The notes under the pieces: generated by a model
What the model saw: only the letters and a program-made list of their open reading frames with translations
Databases searched by the model: none
Told to the model about the DNA's origin: nothing
Shown here: positions 1 through 8,258 of the stretch, one piece after another
Numbering within the stretch: the stretch's first letter is position 1
Layout: each line of letters opens with the position of its first letter
Assembly (NCBI GenBank): GCA_028818155.1
Contig: JAPPOH010000001.1
Location: 192,598-256,597, forward strand
Source: Candidatus Woesearchaeota archaeon
Lineage (GTDB): Archaea > Nanobdellota > Nanobdellia > Woesearchaeales > UBA525
Reading direction: 5' to 3'
DNA: 64,000 nucleotides
Translations under genes and position numbers: made by a program

Positions 1-3000
1 ATTGTGCGTGCGAGTCGGATGGTGATTGTCCAGGCAGCAGAAACGTCTGTGAGGTTGCTCGGTGCCTCAATCCTGGGACTGCGCAGGCGGTGTGTGTGAT
101 TGAGCCTGCTGAAGACGGCAATAGGTGTACTGATGATGGCGATATTTGCACAACTGATGTGTGTCTTGCTGGCGTGTGCACGCACAACAACAATGGCGTC
201 TGTCTCTGTACTGATGATAGCGAGTGTCCTGCAAGTGCAAACAGTTGCGAGGTAGCGAAGTGTTTCAACGCGGGAACACCTGCTGCATCCTGCGGTTTCG
301 AGAATGCGGAGGATGGGAATAGGTGTACTGATGATGGTGATATTTGCACAACTGATGTCTGCCAAGCTGGTGTCTGTGAACACAATGATAATGGTGTGTG
401 TGCGTGCCTCTCAAGTAACGATTGCCCAAGCAGTGGTAATGTGTGCGAAGAGCCATTCTGCTTTAACCCAGGCACGCCACAAGCGGTCTGTGGCTTCCAA
501 CCGAAAACTGACGGGACGCAATGTATTGATGATTTCGATATCTGTACTGCTGACGTCTGCCTCGCAGGAGTTTGTACGCACGATGATACTGGGGAGTGTG
601 ATTGTCGAATAGATGAAGACTGTCCAGAGAGTAGGAATGTCTGTGAAGATCCACTCTGCCTCAATCCTGGAACGCCGCAAGCAACGTGCACATTCCAACC
701 AAAGAGTGATGGGACGCAATGCACTGATGATAACAATGTCTGTACGGACGATGTCTGTCTCGCTGGTGTCTGTGAGCATGATGATAATGGTGCGTGTGCG
801 TGCGAGTCGGATGCTGATTGCCCAGGAAGTGCGAACAGTTGTGAGGTTGCGCGATGCTTGAATCCAGGAACGGCGCAGGCGGTGTGTGTGATCGAGAATG
901 CAGAGGATGGGAATAGCTGTGATGATGACTTTAATATTTGCACAACTGATGTGTGTCTTGCAGGAATTTGCACACACAATGATAATGGTGCGTGTGCGTG
1001 CGAGTCGGATGCTGATTGCCCAGATAATGGGAACGCGTGCCAAGAGCCGGTGTGCTTGAACCCCGGCACTGTGGATGCGACATGTGACTTCGCGCCAGCG
1101 AATGAAGGGCTCGTGTGCGGTAATGATGGAAACGAATGCACGACGGATACGTGTCAAGCCGGCGCATGTGTGAACGCGAATGTTGCTGATCAGACAATGT
1201 GCTCGGATGATAACAACCAATGCACGGATGACGTCTGCCTTGCTGGCGTGTGCACACATGACAATAACGGCGTATGTGAATGTCAAACAACGGATGATTG
1301 TACGCCGAGCACGAACGTCTGCCAGACCGTCACGTGTGTGAACCCTGGCACGGAGAATGCGTTCTGCGATACGGAATTCCTCCCGGACAATACACAATGC
1401 ACTGATGATTTCGATGTCTGTACTGCTGATGTCTGCCTCGCAGGCCAGTGTACCCATGAAGAGACTGGCGAGTGTGTCTGTGATACATGGGAAGACTGCC
1501 CAACAACTGAGAACACGTGCCAGATCCCTGTCTGTCTAAACGGGGGGACGCCTGACTCGGAGTGTGGCTTCGCTGATAACCCTGATGGTGTGACGTGCGC
1601 AAGTGATGGGGATGAGTGTACTGCTGACACGTGCCTTGCTGGTGCGTGTATCCATACAAACAATAACCTCTGTCGGTGTACCGTTGCTGATGACTGCCCT
1701 CCAAGTACGAACGAGTGTGAAGTGCCGGTGTGCGTGAACCCGGGAACAGTCGACGCGGCATGTAGCTTCGAGAACGCTCCTGATGATCTTTCATGCGCGG
1801 ATGACGGTGATGCGTGCACGGAAGATATCTGCACTGCTGGTGTCTGCACGCACAAGGATAACGGCCTCTGTGCATGTGAGTTTGATACCGATTGCCCTGC
1901 TGGCGATGCATTCTGCCAGATTCCACGATGTTTCGATGCAGGCACACCGAACGCAATCTGTGGCTTTGAGAACTTCCCTGATCAGACTGACTGCCCAGGT
2001 GATGGTGATGTCTGTACCGCTGATGTGTGTGTTGCTGGCATCTGCACACACGATAGTAACGGCCTCTGTGGTTGTTTCAACAATGATGACTGTCCAGACA
2101 ATGGGAATGAGTGTCAAGAGCCACTCTGTCTTAATCCGGGCACGGTAGACTCTGAATGTAGTTTCCAAAACCTCCCTGATGAGACGATGTGCTTGAGTGA
2201 TGACAATATCTGCACAACAGATGTGTGTGTTGCTGGCACGTGCGAACATCAAGATAAAGATGTTTGTGCCTGCGAGTCAGATGCAGAGTGCCCAGCCAGT
2301 GCCAATTCATGCGAGATCCCACGGTGCTTCAACCCAGGAACAGTCGATGCAGTTTGTGGTTTTGAAGCACTTCCTGACGACACCGCATGTGCTGATGACA
2401 ATGACCAGTGTACTGCTGATGTCTGCCTTGCTGGCGTCTGCACGCACGAGGACAACGGCCTCTGCGGCTGCAGTACCGATGATGATTGTCCAATCTGCGA
2501 GAACGAGTGTCAGAAGTCCACGTGCTTCAACCCAGGAACGCCTGAGGCGTTCTGTGACTTCGAAGACCTCCCATACGATACGCCGTGCACGCCAGATAGT
2601 AACGCATGCACACTTGATGTCTGCCGTTCTGGCGTGTGTAGTCACCCGGCAAGTAACGTGTGCCAATGCACGAAAGACAGCGACTGTCCAACTGGCGATA
2701 GCTGCCAGATCCCTCGCTGCTTTGGCAAGGGAACGATTAACGCGCAATGTGGCTTCGAGAACAAACCGGAGCTGACCACATGCGTAAATGACTTTAACCT
2801 CTGCACGGACGATATTTGTGTTGCTGGCATCTGCTCACACCTTGATAACGGTATCTGCCGATGTTCATCCAGCGATGATTGTCCAACGAGTGATAACTCC
2901 TGCGAGGAAGCACTCTGCGTGAACCCGGGAACGGAAGATTCCTATTGTGCATTCATTGACCTCCCTGATGCGAGCCAGTGTGTTGGTGATGGGGATGAGT

Positions 3001-4274
3001 GTACTGCAGATATTTGTGTTGCTGGCGTGTGTACGCACGCTGACAATGGCGCGTGCTTCTGTGATGATGATAAGGACTGCCCACGAGGCTTGAACGTCTG
3101 TAAGATTGGCAAGTGTCTCAACCCTGGCACGGTAAACGCGGTGTGTGGCTTCGAAGATAGGCCTGATAACACGCGGTGCACGAATGATGGGAACGCATGC
3201 ACAAATGATATCTGCCTTGCTGGTGTCTGCACGCATGAAGTTGACCAATCTTGTGTCTGTACAATGGACAGCCAGTGCCCACAGAGCAGTAATCCATGCG
3301 AAGAGCGCAGATGCTTTAGCCCAGGACAGAACAACGCGACGTGCGGCTTTGTCGATAAAGCAGACAACACGGCATGCCCTGATGATGGTGACGTCTGCAC
3401 GTCTGACGTCTGCCTTGCCGGTGTGTGCACGCACAGCAGTACAGGGGCATGCAACTGTAACAATGATGGTGACTGTCCTGCGAGCACGAGCGTCTGTCAG
3501 GTTGCAACGTGTTTCAACCCAGGAACCCCTGCATCATCTTGTGGCTTTGTGAACCTTGCGGATGATACAGCATGCACTGCGGACGGCACGTTCTGCACAG
3601 ATGATGTGTGCAGGAGTGGTGTGTGTGAGCATATCAAGAACAATCTCTGCGATTGCGTTGTTGATGGCGACTGCCCACGTGGCTTGAATGTCTGTATGGC
3701 AGCACTCTGTGTGAACCCTGGCACGGTGAACGCGTTCTGTGACTTTGTAGAACGCCCTGATAACACGCTCTGCACGAGTGACGGTGACGTCTGCACTTCT
3801 GATGTCTGTCAGAATGGTGTGTGTGAGCACATTGAGAATACCCTCTGCTCGTGTACGGATGATGCGCAGTGTCCTGACAACGCGAACGTCTGCCAAGTGC
3901 CGCGATGCATTGTTGACGGGAATGGTGCGCAGTGCGGCTTTGGGAACGCACTGAACTACTTACCGTGCCCTGACGGGTTGTGGTGTAATGGCGAGGAGAT
4001 CTGCTGGAACGGCGTCTGTGAGGCGCTCGAACAAGCGTGCCCTGCAGAACTCTGTGATGAGGATACGGACACGTGTACGGAGATCTGCACGGATGCATGT
4101 AACCCTGCTGAGTTCCCAGACTGTACGTCGGATAGTGCTGGCGTTGAGACGTGCGAGCTCGCGCTGGATGGCTGCTATGATATCGTGACGACTGCATGCC
4201 CTGCGGATCACGCGTGCGTGGATGGGGCTTGTGTCGAGAAATGTGGCTTTAGCGTCTCGTGCCCTGGACCATAG
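1..4274 (+). CDS. Giant secreted cysteine-rich tandem-repeat protein, 5' end lies outside the window
   Basis: The frame is open from base 3 and continuous with ORF 90..4274. It holds about 22 tandem modules of about 62 aa with the pattern CxC..D.DCP.S.N.CE...C.NPGT..A.C.F....DG..CTDD.D.CT.DVC.AG.C.H.DNG. The second half-module resembles Dictyostelium CTDC-type Cys repeats. A 45-nt perfect DNA repeat occurs at 781-825 and 979-1023. Confidence 0.85.
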   Translation, partial: CACESDGDCPGSRNVCEVARCLNPGTAQAVCVIEPAEDGNRCTDDGDICTTDVCLAGVCTHNNNGVCLCTDDSECPASANSCEVAKCFNAGTPAASCGFENAEDGNRCTDDGDICTTDVCQAGVCEHNDNGVCACLSSNDCPSSGNVCEEPFCFNPGTPQAVCGFQPKTDGTQCIDDFDICTADVCLAGVCTHDDTGECDCRIDEDCPESRNVCEDPLCLNPGTPQATCTFQPKSDGTQCTDDNNVCTDDVCLAGVCEHDDNGACACESDADCPGSANSCEVARCLNPGTAQAVCVIENAEDGNSCDDDFNICTTDVCLAGICTHNDNGACACESDADCPDNGNACQEPVCLNPGTVDATCDFAPANEGLVCGNDGNECTTDTCQAGACVNANVADQTMCSDDNNQCTDDVCLAGVCTHDNNGVCECQTTDDCTPSTNVCQTVTCVNPGTENAFCDTEFLPDNTQCTDDFDVCTADVCLAGQCTHEETGECVCDTWEDCPTTENTCQIPVCLNGGTPDSECGFADNPDGVTCASDGDECTADTCLAGACIHTNNNLCRCTVADDCPPSTNECEVPVCVNPGTVDAACSFENAPDDLSCADDGDACTEDICTAGVCTHKDNGLCACEFDTDCPAGDAFCQIPRCFDAGTPNAICGFENFPDQTDCPGDGDVCTADVCVAGICTHDSNGLCGCFNNDDCPDNGNECQEPLCLNPGTVDSECSFQNLPDETMCLSDDNICTTDVCVAGTCEHQDKDVCACESDAECPASANSCEIPRCFNPGTVDAVCGFEALPDDTACADDNDQCTADVCLAGVCTHEDNGLCGCSTDDDCPICENECQKSTCFNPGTPEAFCDFEDLPYDTPCTPDSNACTLDVCRSGVCSHPASNVCQCTKDSDCPTGDSCQIPRCFGKGTINAQCGFENKPELTTCVNDFNLCTDDICVAGICSHLDNGICRCSSSDDCPTSDNSCEEALCVNPGTEDSYCAFIDLPDASQCVGDGDECTADICVAGVCTHADNGACFCDDDKDCPRGLNVCKIGKCLNPGTVNAVCGFEDRPDNTRCTNDGNACTNDICLAGVCTHEVDQSCVCTMDSQCPQSSNPCEERRCFSPGQNNATCGFVDKADNTACPDDGDVCTSDVCLAGVCTHSSTGACNCNNDGDCPASTSVCQVATCFNPGTPASSCGFVNLADDTACTADGTFCTDDVCRSGVCEHIKNNLCDCVVDGDCPRGLNVCMAALCVNPGTVNAFCDFVERPDNTLCTSDGDVCTSDVCQNGVCEHIENTLCSCTDDAQCPDNANVCQVPRCIVDGNGAQCGFGNALNYLPCPDGLWCNGEEICWNGVCEALEQACPAELCDEDTDTCTEICTDACNPAEFPDCTSDSAGVETCELALDGCYDIVTTACPADHACVDGACVEKCGFSVSCPGP

Positions 4275-4304
4275 AAGACATTATAAACCCATTCTGTGCT
4301 CTTT

Positions 4305-4907
4305 ATGAGTATGATCCTCTGGATTCTCCTCGGTGCGGTGCTGGCATTTTTCCTCTACTGGCGCGTCTGGTTTCTCAGACGACCAAGACGAACGATACCG
4401 AAGAACGGTGTTGTCAGCCCCGCGAACGGGAAGCTGATGAAAATCATCCCGTTCCACGATGAAACTGCTGTCGTCCCGAAGGGGATGCTCGGCGAAGTGA
4501 ATGTCTTAACGAAGGATGTTGCAAAAGAAGGGTATATTCTTGTGATTCGGCTCACGCCGCTTGATGTGCACTACCAACGCGCCCCTGTCTCTGGCGCTGT
4601 TGCGAATGTCAAGTATAGAAAAGGGACGTTCAAGAATGTGGTGTCGACGAACGCAGCATACGGTGCGTTTGAAAACGAAAAGAATGAAATTCTTCTTGAT
4701 GGGACGTTCCCTATGAAGGTAGTGCAGGTCGCAGGCATTGCGTGCCGGCGCATCCGATGTGACGTGAAGAAAGATGATGTTGTGAAGAAAGGGGATGTGA
4801 TCGGACTGATTAACTTCGGGAGCCAAGTACTTGTGATTCTTCCGAAGAAGCAACTTCAGGTGCAAGAAGGGGACTATCTTGTTGATGGGGAGACGGTGCT
4901 CGTATGA
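4305..4907 (+). CDS. psd: Phosphatidylserine (archaetidylserine) decarboxylase, short archaeal type
   Basis: N-terminal TM segment, LTPLDVHYQRAPVSG and a C-terminal INFGSQV self-cleavage-like GS motif. TATA ATTATAAA at 4280-4287. In-frame alternative starts at 4296 (GTG) and 4311. Confidence 0.75.
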   Translation: MSMILWILLGAVLAFFLYWRVWFLRRPRRTIPKNGVVSPANGKLMKIIPFHDETAVVPKGMLGEVNVLTKDVAKEGYILVIRLTPLDVHYQRAPVSGAVANVKYRKGTFKNVVSTNAAYGAFENEKNEILLDGTFPMKVVQVAGIACRRIRCDVKKDDVVKKGDVIGLINFGSQVLVILPKKQLQVQEGDYLVDGETVLV

Positions 4908-5365
4908 AACCTGCAGATTATATTACGTTGTGTAACGGGATGGCTGGCGTGCTTGCTATTCTCTTCATCAGAACGGGAAACATTCCGTATGCTGCAGGTG
5001 CGCTTATCGCAGCAGTTCTCTTAGATTATGCTGATGGGTTCGTTGCAAAAAAAACGAAGCCCACAAAATTCGGGATGCACCTTGATGCGCTCGCCGATAT
5101 GATCTCCTTTGGCGTCGCGCCTGTTGCGATCATGTTCGTTGTGGTTGTGAATACATGGGTGGTCGTGCTTGCAGGGATTGTGTTCGTTGCAGCGGGCATG
5201 TATCGGTTGGCGAGGTTCCAGACGAAGAATAGTTATCAAGGCATGCCCATCACAGTGAACGGTGTTGTTGTTCCGCTTCTCTTGTTGACGAATGTGTCGT
5301 TACTTCCACTGTACTTTCTCTTGGCGAGTTGCTTGATGGTGAGCACGTTTCGGTGGTCTCGATGA
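4904..5365 (+). CDS. pssA: CDP-alcohol phosphatidyltransferase, probable archaetidylserine synthase
   Basis: Canonical motif D-x2-DG-x2-A-K-x8-G-x3-D-x3-D, read as DYADGFVAKKTKPTKFGMHLDALAD. Polytopic membrane protein. ATGA start/stop overlap with psd. Confidence 0.8.
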   Translation: MKPADYITLCNGMAGVLAILFIRTGNIPYAAGALIAAVLLDYADGFVAKKTKPTKFGMHLDALADMISFGVAPVAIMFVVVVNTWVVVLAGIVFVAAGMYRLARFQTKNSYQGMPITVNGVVVPLLLLTNVSLLPLYFLLASCLMVSTFRWSR

Positions 5366-5775
5366 AATTGCTTGTCGCCATTGTGTCTGCGTGGCTCGTT
5401 GCGAACGTGTGCAAGGTCATTTCTACGAGTATTCGGACGAAGGTGGTTGACTGGCAGGTCGTGTTTTTTGCTGGCGGCATGCCGAGTGTGCACACGACGT
5501 TGGTCACCGCACTCGTAACAAGCTTAGCCTTGTCTGAAGGGCTGACTGCTGTCACTGTTGCCTCGATTGTGTTCGCGTCGTTGTTCGTCTATGATGCGAT
5601 GACACTTCGGCGTGCGGTTGCGGAACATAACGCGATTTTGCGATGGGTGCATACGCATTTGAATGTGCAGGTTGCGAAATCATTAGAGCGGAAAGGGGGG
5701 ATTGGACACACGCCACTCGAGGTCGTCGCTGGCATCGTGATCGGTGTGCTTGTGCCGTTGCTTGTGTATGCTTGA
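5362..5775 (+). CDS. Divergent PAP2 / DUF212 membrane protein (acid phosphatase/vanadium haloperoxidase-related)
   Basis: GGMPSVHT, VYDAMTLRR and GHTPLEVVAG match the DUF212 signature. The ATG at 5362 overlaps the pssA stop (ATGA). The ORF track offers an upstream alternative start at 5329. Confidence 0.7.
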   Translation: MKLLVAIVSAWLVANVCKVISTSIRTKVVDWQVVFFAGGMPSVHTTLVTALVTSLALSEGLTAVTVASIVFASLFVYDAMTLRRAVAEHNAILRWVHTHLNVQVAKSLERKGGIGHTPLEVVAGIVIGVLVPLLVYA

Positions 5776-6265
5776 TATTCTTGGTCCGTTGTGGTTTTTC
5801 TTGCCTGCTGGCATTGCAAACATGATGCCGATCTTTGCGAATAAACTCTTTGGTCCGGGGCGGCCAATTCATACGGTGTTTGGCGCGCACAAGACGTGGC
5901 AGGGGATTATTTCTGCAACACTTGGCGGGTGGGCGTTTTTCTTGTTGCAGCGACTATTTGACGTGCCGTTTGCTATCGTTGACTATGCGAGCGTCTCGGT
6001 ATTTCTCGGTTTTGGGCTGGCCTTTTTCGCAATAATGGGCGATTTGGTGGAGAGTTTTATGAAACGAAAAATAGGTATTCAGCCAGGGAAGCCGTGGATT
6101 CCATTCGATCAGCTCGATTATGTGGTTGGCGGTCTTCTCGGCTCGTTGTTGTTCGTGCGCTTGGCCCTTGTTGATTACGTGGTGATTCTTGTCGCGTGTT
6201 TCCTCGCGGTATTCGTGGTGAGTCGCGTTGGGTATATGACGGGGCTTCGGAAGGAGAAGTATTAG
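5768..6265 (+). CDS. carS: CDP-archaeol synthase (CDP-2,3-bis-O-geranylgeranyl-sn-glycerol synthase, DUF46)
   Basis: FLPAGIANMMPIF, HKTWQG, GDLVESFMKRKIGIQPGKPWIPFDQLDYV. The ATG at 5768 overlaps the DUF212 gene stop by 8 nt. Confidence 0.8.
   Translation: MLDILGPLWFFLPAGIANMMPIFANKLFGPGRPIHTVFGAHKTWQGIISATLGGWAFFLLQRLFDVPFAIVDYASVSVFLGFGLAFFAIMGDLVESFMKRKIGIQPGKPWIPFDQLDYVVGGLLGSLLFVRLALVDYVVILVACFLAVFVVSRVGYMTGLRKEKY
6236..6265. repeat. 30-bp direct repeat, copy 1 (the last 30 nt of carS including its stop codon)
   Basis: ATGACGGGGCTTCGGAAGGAGAAGTATTAG is identical to 7690-7719. Confidence 0.95.
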
Positions 6266-6603
6266 CGGGGTTTGGAGTCTTGCGAAAGTGATATTTTGAG
6301 AGCTCGTTTGTATAGATTTGAATATACTTTGGCAAGTTCATCTCGGGATAGGTCATTGATGAAATCGTTAAAATCTGAAACTCCTCGAACTCCAAGTCCG
6401 GAAAATCTTCCGTAGCAGTCTCCTTTATGTTCTTCGATTATGTGTTCCCTTTGAAGGTTGTACACGGGACCGCCACGACGTTCATCCTGCCTGCTGAGAA
6501 CCAAATAGGGTTTGTCGATATCTCTTCCGAGTTCTCTAATTGCCTCTCGGTAGTTTTCCTCAATCCTGTTTTCCAGTTCTCTTAGGTTTTCTGGTATTTC
6601 CAT
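6262..6603 (-). CDS. Hypothetical protein (113 aa) in the cassette
   Basis: ORF preceded by GGAGGAAAAAATG (Shine-Dalgarno-like). No recognisable motif. Confidence 0.5.
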   Translation of the reverse strand: MEIPENLRELENRIEENYREAIRELGRDIDKPYLVLSRQDERRGGPVYNLQREHIIEEHKGDCYGRFSGLGVRGVSDFNDFINDLSRDELAKVYSNLYKRALKISLSQDSKPR

Positions 6604-7689
6604 TTTTTCCTCCGTTCAATCACTAGCAAGGAAATGGCTGCAGATTGATAAAAATTCTTATTGAATTTCTTTACTTTTACAAAATATTTATAAATATAAT
6701 AGTAATTGTAAAGAAAATGAAAGGATTAGATGTGTACTCCTCGAAAATACTGTATGAACTTGATAAGCAATCGAATATGCCACTGAAAGCTCTAGCAAAG
6801 AAGATCAGAAGATCAAAGCAGTTTGTCCTGTACAGAATCAAGAAGTTGGAGAAAGAAGGCATAATTACTAGCTACAATGCAATCGTCGACATGTCAAAAC
6901 TTGGATTCTTCTCATTCAGAATCTATTTCAAAATGCGACAGTTTACCAAGAGAGATGTCAACGAATTTGTCGATTTTTTGAAGCGTGAGTTTGACTATAT
7001 TTGGGCAATTACAACAATGCACGGAATGTGGGACATTGCAGTGTTTCTCGGTATCAAAACAATTGGCGATCTTCAGATTTTTTGGGATACTGTGCTGTTG
7101 AAGTATAACAAGCACATTAAAGAGTATACTGTATCTGTATATGCGCCAATATTTAATTTTAACAGGTTATTTACAGGCGCAAAGACGAGCGAATTCCAGA
7201 CGAGAGTATATGGTGAAGGAGACTTGGTTGACGTTGACGAGCTCGACTGGAAACTTATTCAGTTCTATGCACCGAACGTGCGAGCATCTGCCTTGGAGAT
7301 CAGTAAAACACTTGGTGTATCTGCGGACACTGTGCGAAAGCGCATTAAGAATCTTGAGAACGCGAACGTAATCGTCGGATACAAAATCGGAGTGAACCTG
7401 AAAAAGTTAGGCTATACCTCATACAGATTGGACTTTGATCTTCTCTCAACAACGGAGAACAAGAGACTTTTTGAGTTTTGCAGACAACACGAGAAAATTT
7501 ATCAAGTCAACAACGCGATTGGTGGAGCAAATTACGAAATTGAAGTGTTGGTGAAAGATGAGCATGAACTCCACGATTTGATTGAAGATATCAAAGATGC
7601 GTTTGCTGATGTTGTAGAAGATATTCGCTATTTCAGTTTTTCAACATTCCACCAACTAAAATATATTCCTGATTGAAGTTTCTGTCTAC
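6266..7689. mobile_element. AT-rich 1.4 kb inserted cassette bounded by the 30-bp direct repeats, with no recombinase inside
   Basis: It is flanked by perfect 30-bp direct repeats. Hand GC counts of single 60-nt lines give about 35% in cassette coding DNA (line 6901) against about 55% in carS (line 6121). It carries two genes. Confidence 0.6.
6717..7676 (+). CDS. Tandem (duplicated) Lrp/AsnC-family transcription regulator
   Basis: Two HTH plus ligand-domain units in one chain: LDKQSNMPLKALAKKIRRSKQFVLYRIKKLEKEGII and APNVRASALEISKTLGVSADTVRKRIKNLENANVI. TATA TTTATAAATA at 6687-6696 is centred about 27 nt before the ATG at 6717. Confidence 0.8.
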   Translation: MKGLDVYSSKILYELDKQSNMPLKALAKKIRRSKQFVLYRIKKLEKEGIITSYNAIVDMSKLGFFSFRIYFKMRQFTKRDVNEFVDFLKREFDYIWAITTMHGMWDIAVFLGIKTIGDLQIFWDTVLLKYNKHIKEYTVSVYAPIFNFNRLFTGAKTSEFQTRVYGEGDLVDVDELDWKLIQFYAPNVRASALEISKTLGVSADTVRKRIKNLENANVIVGYKIGVNLKKLGYTSYRLDFDLLSTTENKRLFEFCRQHEKIYQVNNAIGGANYEIEVLVKDEHELHDLIEDIKDAFADVVEDIRYFSFSTFHQLKYIPD

Positions 7690-7719
7690 ATGACGGGGCT
7701 TCGGAAGGAGAAGTATTAG
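7690..7719. repeat. 30-bp direct repeat, copy 2
   Basis: Identical to 6236-6265. Confidence 0.95.
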
Positions 7720-7767
7720 GTGTGTTGGGGGCTACACTTACGCAAACGTTTCTATTGGGGGACACAT

Positions 7768-8019
7768 TTACAGTTGCTTCAACAAATCTTTCCCTTTTTT
7801 CGTTAACTCATAGAACCGGAAAAAGTGCGCGTCTTCCGTGATGCAGTGGACGAGTTTCTTCTCTTTCAATTCCGCGAGTGCGTTACTCACATTAGAGGTA
7901 CTAATTTTGCATTCTTGTGCGATTTGTTTGGGTGTTTTCGCCTCTGTGAGTGCGCGCATGACTGCATGCCGTCTCCTTCCCCGCAGGACGAAGCTGATCA
8001 TTGGATAGTCCTTTTTCAC
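7768..8019 (-). CDS. Small winged-helix DNA-binding regulator (ArsR/MarR-like)
   Basis: 83 aa. TPKQIAQECKISTSNVSNALAELKEKKLV is a typical HTH followed by a wing. Confidence 0.65.
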   Translation of the reverse strand: MKKDYPMISFVLRGRRRHAVMRALTEAKTPKQIAQECKISTSNVSNALAELKEKKLVHCITEDAHFFRFYELTKKGKDLLKQL

Positions 8020-8258
8020 GTCTCGTATGGTGACATCGCTTTATTACTTCCTTGCCATTGATGAAATACTTATGAAATACTAAATAGAGCAGAATATATT
8101 GTACACACATCGAATCCTTATACACGTAGTGTTTCCACACTGCAGGAGATGCTAAAAATACGTGAGAAATACCAAAGAAATACCAAAAATTATAAAGGGG
8201 TGCGCATTTCCGTTTTTCTAATGGTGCTTCGGCACTGTTCATAGGTCAAATTCGGAAT

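Noticed and set aside
265-4211. Many ORFs of 60-350 aa on the minus strand and in alternative plus frames inside the first giant gene (for example 411..1457-, 1283..1945-, 1330..2049-, 3634..4197-)
   Set aside because: They are shadows of a long, highly repetitive, codon-biased ORF. Their translations are low-complexity (His/Arg/Ser/Thr-rich) with no motifs, and they overlap the clearly modular Cys-repeat frame.
1-4274. Possibility that the regular ~190-nt periodicity represents a CRISPR array or satellite
   Set aside because: The period is a multiple of 3, the units are in frame, their Cys spacing is conserved, and there are no short invariant repeats separated by unique spacers. No cas genes or CRISPR-like arrays were seen anywhere in the window.
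7725-7770. Two copies of TTGGGGG(C)TACAC(T/A)TTA spaced 30 nt apart downstream of the cassette, and the recurrence of G5 motifs at 19293-19353 and 25839-25851
   Set aside because: The copies are imperfect and short (11-13 nt of identity). Matches of that length are expected by chance in 64 kb, so no link between the loci is claimed.
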